The position numbers were made by a program, and so were the translations under genes. DNA of 64,000 nucleotides, taken from NCBI GenBank assembly GCA_965240325.2, contig OZ251227.1, forward strand, positions 3,224,001-3,288,000, given 5' to 3'. Source of the stretch: Rebecca billardiae RCC1528. Lineage: Eukaryota; Protista; Haptophyta. The notes beneath the pieces were generated by a model, which saw only the letters and a program-made list of their open reading frames with translations, made no database searches and had not been told where the DNA came from. Of this stretch, positions 56,844-64,000 are shown piece by piece; within the stretch, counting starts at the first letter, position 1, and the number at the start of each line of letters is the position of its first letter.

Positions 56844-58445
56844 TCAGTGAACCTCGCCATCATTGAAGACAGCGTCAATCGCGTCCTCGCGGATGGCATC
56901 GCGTCTCGCCTCTGCCTGTGACTTGAGCGCGTCGGCAAAGCGTAGCGCCCAAATCGTGCGATCGATGGAGCGCTTCCACCGATCGCCCGCATCATCGCTC
57001 GAGCTGCGACGCCTTCGCCGCAGCGCGAGAGACGCCCCGACAAAGGCCGTGAAGGACAGCACCTGCAGCCCGCACACATACCAGTACGCTGCGGTCGCCC
57101 CCGCGCTCGCATACACCAGGGTCGCCACGCCGCCGAGAAACTTCGCCAGCCCAGACTCGAACAGCTTGAGGAGTGCGACGAGGTGCTCCTTCTGCACCTG
57201 CTTCTCCTCGTCGAGCAGCTTCCCCGTCAGCGTCTTCGTGACGACCGTGAGGAGGAGCACACTCTGCGGCACGAGCATGGCCGGCAGCAGCACAGTCGGG
57301 GCGGAGAGCGGCAAGGCGGCTGCGACCACCGCCGGCGCGAGCACGAGCGCAAAGCCGACCATCGCCGAGCGGAAGAGGTCGAGCCGCTCGACGAGTGCGG
57401 GCACGGCGCGCGCGAAGAGCAGACCAACCACCAGCCCTGCGAGCATCACCGCGCCAACAAGCGTCGGGCTGAGCCTCAGCAGGTCGAACGCCGTCAGCGC
57501 GGCGAGGCTGACATATGCGAGGCTCATCGAGCCAAACGCAAGCGAGAGGGCGACGAGCGAGGCGACGGCTGGGTGGATGAGCGCGCGCAGCGCGGCCCAG
57601 CGCGCCTCTTTGACCGGCGCAGTCAATGGCGCCGCGTTGGAGTGCGCTGCTCCCCGCTGCGCCTCCGCGTCGTGCGCAGTCTGCGCTTGCTGCGTCTCGG
57701 CCGTGGGCGGCGACGCAGCGGCGCCCTTGGTCGTGCCCTGCGGCTCGATGACCACCTCCTCAGCGTCGGCTGAGCGCGCACTCGCTCCGGGCTTGTCCGG
57801 CTCGGGCGCCGCCCGAGTGCCATCTTTGCGCGCGCGACCGGCGCGCACGAGCGCCGTGCCGACCGCCAGGAGCGCTGCAAGTCCACTGATCGCGGCGAGG
57901 AGGCCGGTGACCCCCATCCAGCCGAGCCAGCCGTAGACCATGAAGAGGCCGAGACCAGAGAGCTTCCCCAGCAGCTTGGACCAGGCGATCAACGCGAATG
58001 CGCGTCCGAACTTGGCCTTGAGCGCCTTCTTCGCCTGCTTGGCTGACAGGCCTTGATCGGCCTTCTCCAGCGCCACCTCGAAGATGACGAGATCGATCAA
58101 GACGCCCGTCGGGAGCGCGCCCTGCGCGCCGCGGAGCAGGATCAGCGTGAGCGGGTTGGGCACGAAGACGAGGCCCACCATCGTGGCGAAGAGTAGACTC
58201 TGGTTCACGGCGAGCGAGACACGTGCGCCGATGCGCTTGGCCAGGCCCGCCCACACGAATGTCGTGAACATCGGGAGCGTGTTCTTCGCGATGATGGCGC
58301 CCGCTACCGAGGTGAGCGGCCAGCCGCGCTCGATGACGAGCAACGGGAGCATGAGCATGATCGCATTGCTCTTGGCCTGAATGCCGAACTTGCTCACCGC
58401 CGCGACGACGACGCTCGCAGGCGGGTATTGCCTGCCGGGCTTCAT
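56844..58445 (-). CDS. Major facilitator superfamily transporter, intronless
   Basis: About 12 hydrophobic segments in two bundles with a long central loop; WAGLAKRIGAR (motif A-like) and LILLRGAQG (motif B-like). Confidence 0.8.
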   Translation of the reverse strand: MKPGRQYPPASVVVAAVSKFGIQAKSNAIMLMLPLLVIERGWPLTSVAGAIIAKNTLPMFTTFVWAGLAKRIGARVSLAVNQSLLFATMVGLVFVPNPLTLILLRGAQGALPTGVLIDLVIFEVALEKADQGLSAKQAKKALKAKFGRAFALIAWSKLLGKLSGLGLFMVYGWLGWMGVTGLLAAISGLAALLAVGTALVRAGRARKDGTRAAPEPDKPGASARSADAEEVVIEPQGTTKGAAASPPTAETQQAQTAHDAEAQRGAAHSNAAPLTAPVKEARWAALRALIHPAVASLVALSLAFGSMSLAYVSLAALTAFDLLRLSPTLVGAVMLAGLVVGLLFARAVPALVERLDLFRSAMVGFALVLAPAVVAAALPLSAPTVLLPAMLVPQSVLLLTVVTKTLTGKLLDEEKQVQKEHLVALLKLFESGLAKFLGGVATLVYASAGATAAYWYVCGLQVLSFTAFVGASLALRRRRRSSSDDAGDRWKRSIDRTIWALRFADALKSQAEARRDAIREDAIDAVFNDGEVH

Positions 58446-59197
58446 CACAGTCTGGCTTGGATGGTCGGACACCCTTGGCGCTGCGCGAGAGACGCGCATA
58501 TTATTTGAGATCCCTCGAGCTCGCGCGGGAACAGGCGAGGGCGGCCATGGCCGCGCGCCAAGCGCAGCGTCGACGATGCCAGCGATGTGTCAGAGGGTGC
58601 CGCGCTGCCGGCAAAGGCACTTCTGCGCCAGCGCAAATGCGCCGTCATTGTCGCTGACGAAGACGAGCCCAAATATTCTTCGGACGAGCAGAGTCCGCCC
58701 ACGACGCGTAGCCTGGGCGTGTGGTTTGGCGTTCGCATGTGCCTGAGCGGCCTGACGACGCTGAGTTCAGGGCGGCCGTCGAGTCGAGCGTGCGTGCACA
58801 TGTGGTATCAGTCATCGGCACTGGCGTAAGGCAAGCTGCCGTCGTCTACAGCACGGGCTTAGCGGGGTTAGTACGACAGTAGCGCGTGCTCTTTATAGCT
58901 CTACCGTAGGACTAGGCGCATCCGTGTCCGTGAGACCGTGAGTGACGTGTGACAGAGTATTCTGACCGTTGCGAGAGTAGCTCTTAGGCGATGGACAAGA
59001 TCGCACAGGGGTGCTCTGGGTCGATGCAGGGGGGCATCGGGGCCTCCGGTCGACCCGTCCGCCGATCCGATCGCGGACTGCTGCTAATATGATGGCCCCG
59101 GAGCAATGGCTCGTGAGCTCTTCAGTGTCATCCGCTGGGCACCGCACATCACGGCTGCACGGCACACGGCTCGTCAGCGGCGCGCGGGAGAAGCTGT

Positions 59198-60871
59198 TCA
59201 CTCGGTCTCGGGCACGGTCCATTCCCACTCTGCGCCGCTCGCGGCGCTCGCGGCGCTCGCGCACTTCGCGACGGGCGGCGGTGCCTGGCCGTGCGGCGTG
59301 CTGGGCTTGGAGCCGCCCGACCTCGAGTGCGGCCCCGAGGCCGACGCGGCCCCGCCCACCACGCCGAACATGCCATCGCCGATCCCGCCCTCGGCGCCCG
59401 GCTTGCCGAGCGGCGTGCCGCCTGCGACCGAGGGCGTGGCCGCCGGCTTGACGGCGCGCGCAAACTCCTGCGCGAGGAGCAGCCGCTCGGTGGCGGGGAG
59501 CTCGGCGAAGAGCTTGCGCACCACGTCGATCCCGCGCTTGTTCGCCTCCGCCCGCGCCTTTGCCGCGTCGAGCCGCGCCTCGTTCAGCGCGTCCTCGCGC
59601 TCGCTCAGCTCGCGGCGCAGGGTTTGTAGCCGCGTGGTGAGCTCCCGGACTTGTGACTCCAGGACTCGGATGGTGGACTCCATCTGCTCGTTGAGCTCCT
59701 CGGCGCCGAGCGAGCGGATGCGCACGAGCTCCTTCTGCCACGCGCCCACCACGCGCATCAGCTGCGCGTCGCGCGCCTGCGCCACGCCCGCCGCCTCGGC
59801 CGCCTGCTTGTGGACGCGCGCGACCTGCTCCTCGAGTTGTGCCGAGCGCCGGCTGACGCGGTCGCAGCGCGCAAACCACGGCTCCATGTCGACGAGGTAG
59901 ACGGAGACGGCCTCGGTCGGGTCGGTGGGCAGCGCGTGCGCGTCGGCGTACACGCAGCCCAGGATCTCGCGCCACAGCGGCAGCAGCAGCTCCTCGTAAC
60001 GGCCGAACAGCCGGATAATCCGCTCGAAGACGTGGCAGACACTCGCGCAGTGCACCGGGTGCGGGCGCTGCAGATCGGTCGTCATCAGCTCGGCCTCGTG
60101 CAGCCGGAGCTGGGCGTAGACGGAGACGGCGGAGTACGACTTCTCCTCGTCGTCCCACCCGCTGCGCCCACGCGCGCGCGCGCGCGCGCGCACGGTCGGG
60201 TCGGGGCGGACGCCCGCGCGCGTCAGCCCGAGGCATGCCTATGCCTGGGTTTGGGCGCGGCCGCGCGCTTCGCAGCGGCGCGCGCGCGCGCGCTCTCACC
60301 GCATCCACTCGTGCAAGATGTCCCGAAGCATCTCTGTCTGCACGGAGGGCTCCTTGACAAAGTCCTTGACGGCGGACGAGCCGATCAGCGCGGCGAGCGC
60401 GCGGTTCGACGACGAGCCCCGCCGCGCGTGCGGGCCCTGGCCGCCGCCGGCCGCGCGGCGCGCAGGCTGGCGCGGCTTGCGCGAAGGGTCGCCGCCACTC
60501 GCTGACGAGCTCGGCCGCTGCGAGCCGTCGAGGAGGGCGCTCGACGTGCGCAGCTGCGGCGTGCTGGTGGACGGCCGGCCCGGCGAGTGCTGGCTCCACG
60601 CGCTCGGCTGGCCCAGCAGGCTGCCGCTGCCGGAGAAGGCACTCGTCGACGGCCGCTGCAGCGCATCCGCCGCCGCGACCGCTGCCGCCGGCCGGCGCGT
60701 GATCGCGTACGAGGTGGACGCGCGCACGTCGGGCGAGCGGATGCGTGGGAGGCCGCCGGGCGAGCCCGCGGGCAGCGGCGCGGTCTGCAGCCGCTGCTGC
60801 TCGCCCGCCGCGGCGCCGAGCGAGCCGTATGGCGGCGACCGCGCGGTCGACATCCTGGATCCGGCGCTCAT
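59198..60871 (-). CDS. Coiled-coil protein, possibly TSNAXIP1-N-like (intron 60162-60299)
   Basis: Spliced frame is continuous; VFERIIRLFGRYEELLLPLWREI followed by a heptad region. Confidence 0.65.
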
Positions 60872-61131
60872 GGCCGCCCTCCGCCGCGAAAATACAAAGC
60901 GCGTAACGTTCCCTCTGGAAACAGCGAGCTGCTTTTTTTATATCGCTTTTGATCATAAAATTTATTTCGCGATGCTGAATTTGCTCGATGACAACAAATA
61001 CTGTACGAACACGCATGCGCAGCGTGCGGCCCCTAGCCAGGAAGTTGCACACACTGTTACGCGACACAGGATCAACAAGGAGCACGGCGCGGCCCAAGGG
61101 TAGGGCGCGCGCGCACCCGCGAGGCAGCCCC

Positions 61132-62415
61132 CTAGCCCACGCCGCCCTCAGTAGCAGACTCGGCCCCTACCGCCCACGGGCGGCGGATGCCGCCGCCCGC
61201 CGCCTCGAACGGCCGAGCGTCCAGCGGCCCTCCGTCCGGCGTGAGAGCGAGCGGCTCGATCGGCACCGCCGCGACGGCGCCCGAGGCGCAGCCCGCCGCC
61301 GCCGCGTCGTCGGCGTCGTCGCCCGCCTCGAGCAGGCACGCGCGCAGCTCGCCGTGCGCCACGCCCGAGCCGTCCTCCGCCGGCAGCGCCAACAGGCACG
61401 GGAAGCGCACGGCGCGGCTTGGCCGTATCCGAAGCGCTCCGCCGGGCGTGCTCGGCAGCTGGAGCGGCAGCGAGGCCGACGCGCCGCTCGCGCGCGAGAG
61501 CCGCCACTCGCCGCCGAGCAGCAGCACGTCCGCCTCGCGCGCGTTGTTCACCTGCACGTCGAGCAGGTACACGTGCTCGTCGTCGTCGCCGCCGTCGTCC
61601 GCGCCGGCGGCGGGCGGCGCGGGCGGCACCGCAGCCGACGCCGCGCCGCCTACGTCCGCGGCGCCGCGCCGGTGCCGCGCGGCCGAGGCGCTGCGCGTCG
61701 AGGCGAGCTCGGCGGTGACGCCGACGATGACGCGGCTACCCACGGCCACGGAGGTGGGCGGCAGCTGCGCCCACGACGCCGGCTGCCCGCACGGCACGTC
61801 CGCAGGCCGCCCGGTGCGCGTGAGCGCCAGCCGCCCAACGCGCGCGTTGAACGTTGGCGGCGGTCGGTCGGCCGCGCGCCCGCCGTCGAGCGTGGCGAAC
61901 TGGAAGCTGCCGTGCATGCTCCCCGCGGCTGTCTTCAGCGTCGTGCCCGACGAGTACTTGTACTCGCGCCCCGGCGGCAGCACCGGCGTGTCGCCGCGCA
62001 CGCCCGGGCCCTTGACCTCGTGCGTCGCGCCGCCGCCGTCCACAAACTGCCAGTGGCGCGTGAGCAGCTGCACGGTGGCGCTGCCCGTGTTGCGCAGCGT
62101 GAGGCGGTAGGTCCACACGTGCTCGCGCCCCGCCGCCCCCTCGCCCGCCTCGTCCCGCGCCTCGTGGAACGCCTCGGCGAAGATCTCGACGCCGTGCGTC
62201 ACGGTCAGAGAATACGGCGGGATCTTCTCGCCGCACCGCATGTCGCGCCGCGCGGCGGGCGGCGCGGTGCGGCGGATCTCGTCGGGCCTGAGCGAGTCGA
62301 GCGGGTGGCTCGCGCCGTCCGGCGGTCCCGGGCGCGCGGACGGCCCGCGCGGCAGCAGCCACCACGCCGCCACCGCCACCAGCGCGATCGTGCATGCGGC
62401 CCGCGCGGCCGCCAT
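61132..62415 (-). CDS. ApaG-domain protein with signal/anchor and a degenerate second ApaG-like domain
   Basis: WTYRLTLRN...VQLLTRHW...EVKGPGVRGDTPVLPPG..YKYSSGTTL...GSMHGSFQF; second copy VYLLDVQVNN...LLGGEW. Confidence 0.85.
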   Translation of the reverse strand: MAAARAACTIALVAVAAWWLLPRGPSARPGPPDGASHPLDSLRPDEIRRTAPPAARRDMRCGEKIPPYSLTVTHGVEIFAEAFHEARDEAGEGAAGREHVWTYRLTLRNTGSATVQLLTRHWQFVDGGGATHEVKGPGVRGDTPVLPPGREYKYSSGTTLKTAAGSMHGSFQFATLDGGRAADRPPPTFNARVGRLALTRTGRPADVPCGQPASWAQLPPTSVAVGSRVIVGVTAELASTRSASAARHRRGAADVGGAASAAVPPAPPAAGADDGGDDDEHVYLLDVQVNNAREADVLLLGGEWRLSRASGASASLPLQLPSTPGGALRIRPSRAVRFPCLLALPAEDGSGVAHGELRACLLEAGDDADDAAAAGCASGAVAAVPIEPLALTPDGGPLDARPFEAAGGGIRRPWAVGAESATEGGVG

Positions 62416-62749
62416 GCTCGATGCTGCTGGGCCGGGGACTCACTGTGTCTTGACGTGTGCGCACGGGCGGTTGCTAGTACTTATTAGTAGTCCGTAGTCG
62501 GGTGGTTCAGGCGTTACAAACATAGCAGTAGCGTAGCTACCGCGGCGGTCGTAACTACTGTAATCGGTATGAGCCGTTGTAGTAGTCCTGCTGATACATC
62601 ATCATCATGTATCGTAGATAGATCCGACAGTGTCAACTAGAGTCAGAGAGATCTAACAGCGCGTGCTGATGGCGGCGGCAGCTCGCGCGCGGCCACACGA
62701 ATGGCGTGGCGCGGCATTCTGATTATTCCATCCACGCTGGAGTGACGGT

Positions 62750-64000
62750 TCAGAGGCCCGCGCCCGGCGGCGCAGCGGGCGGCCCCTTCGGACCGCCAGC
62801 ACCATGCTTCTTGTGCGCCGGCGGCGGCGCGGCCGCGTCCGCGGCTGCTCGGCTCAGCGCGTCTTCGAGTGAGAAGAAAAGCGAGTCGCGCGCCTCAAGC
62901 CGCTGGCGCTCGGCGGCGGACGCGGCGGCGGCGGAGCGCGCGCGCAGCGCCGCGCGGCTCCGCTTGAGCTCGTCGCGCAGCTCGTCGCGCAGGGCTTGGA
63001 ACATCTCCGCGCACTCGCGCGCCTTGCCGATCTCGGCCGGCCACGGGCCCGCGCCCGCGCGCAGCACGTCTTGCCAGTCCCGCAGGTCCTCCGCGTCGCG
63101 GAGCAGCGACTCGAGCCCGGACTCTCGCCCGGACTCTCGCCCGGACTCGAGCCCGGCCGAGCACGCGGAGGCGAGGCGCTGCCGCTCGTGCGCCAGGCCT
63201 TTGAGTAGCAGCTGGCCCATCGTCACGCTCGAGTCGGCGACGCCGCGCGGCGCGGTCAGCTCGAACTGGCGGTCCTGCTCGGCGCGGCGGCAGCGCGCGC
63301 GCGTGCGGCGGCGCGGGGCGCGCGCGCCGTCGGCGCCGGTCGGCGTGCTGCGCGCTGGCTGGTGCGCGCGAGGTGTGCTCGCGCGGCGCGGCGCGAGCGC
63401 GGGGCACGCCGCGTGGCGCGCAGCAGGGCGCGCGCGCTCGCGCGGCCAGCCTGCAGACCCGGACCGACGGCCCGGACTCGGCGCGGCGGTGGGCTCGGTC
63501 CGGTCCGGCTGCGGAGTCGGCTCGGCCGGCGCGGGCCTCGCCTAACCCTAACCCTAACCCTAACCCTAAGATGCGCGCGCGCGCCGCGCGCGCGCACCAG
63601 CGCGTCGTGCGCCACCGCGCTGGGGAAGGCGGTGGCGCAGAGCAGCTCGCCGTAGAGCTGCAGCTTGGGCGCGAGGCTGTGCACTAGGTGGAAAGTACCC
63701 ACATTCAAGATCGCCATCTCGCCGGGGAGCAGCTCGACGAGCCGGGCGGACGGAAGCTTCCAGAAGGTTCGCCAGTCGAAGGCGGCGGGCGCCCGCGCCT
63801 CCGCCTCCGCGCCGTCGTCGAGCCCAAACTTCGCGCCGTCGGGCTGCGACCAGACCGCGCTCAGCTCATACCCGCCATACATGCGCTTCCACGTGACCGT
63901 GCCGTAGTTGTCGCGGTGGTACTCCGTCGACGCGCCCGCGTGAGTCAGAAGCAATTTCGGCGCGAAGATCGAGGCCAGCTTGTGCTGCTTCAGCCGGAGC
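62750..64000 (-). CDS. JmjC/cupin-like 2-oxoglutarate oxygenase, 5' part outside window (intron 63275-63597)
   Basis: TEYHRD (HxD) ... LLPGEMAILNVGTFHLVHSL (distal His); the intron restores frame with 62750..63274. Confidence 0.7.

Noticed and set aside
56365-58900. MFS gene as cargo of a complete TTAA element
   Set aside because: No matching second terminus was found on the other side within the window.

Overview
Very GC-rich eukaryotic nuclear DNA with short GT-AG introns (donors mostly GTGCG). A ciliary gene (DAW1), intronic TTAGGG tracts and compact genes point to a flagellated alga or protist, plausibly a Pavlovales-type haptophyte (inference only). The first ~9 kb is accessory: nested non-autonomous inverted-repeat transposons and a tandem duplication of genes made of 38-aa EsV-1-7-type Cys/His repeats (6 and 12 units) that vary at fixed positions. 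The rest holds about 20 genes: several glycosyl/sulfotransferases, anoctamin, a catalytically dead USP-like protein with a CaaX end, a TrmY-like SPOUT methyltransferase, a TMBIM protein, DAW1, malic enzyme, an ATMIN/STOP1-like zinc-finger protein, a multi-pass membrane protein with a TIR-like domain assembled via an 11-nt micro-exon, an MFS transporter, an ApaG protein and a JmjC-like protein. It also holds a 3.6-kb foldback element with 728-bp inverted repeats. No rRNA, tRNA or CRISPR array was recognised. Most long ORFs in the supplied track are GC-rich antisense or shadow frames. Splice sites and family calls were made by eye and need computational confirmation.
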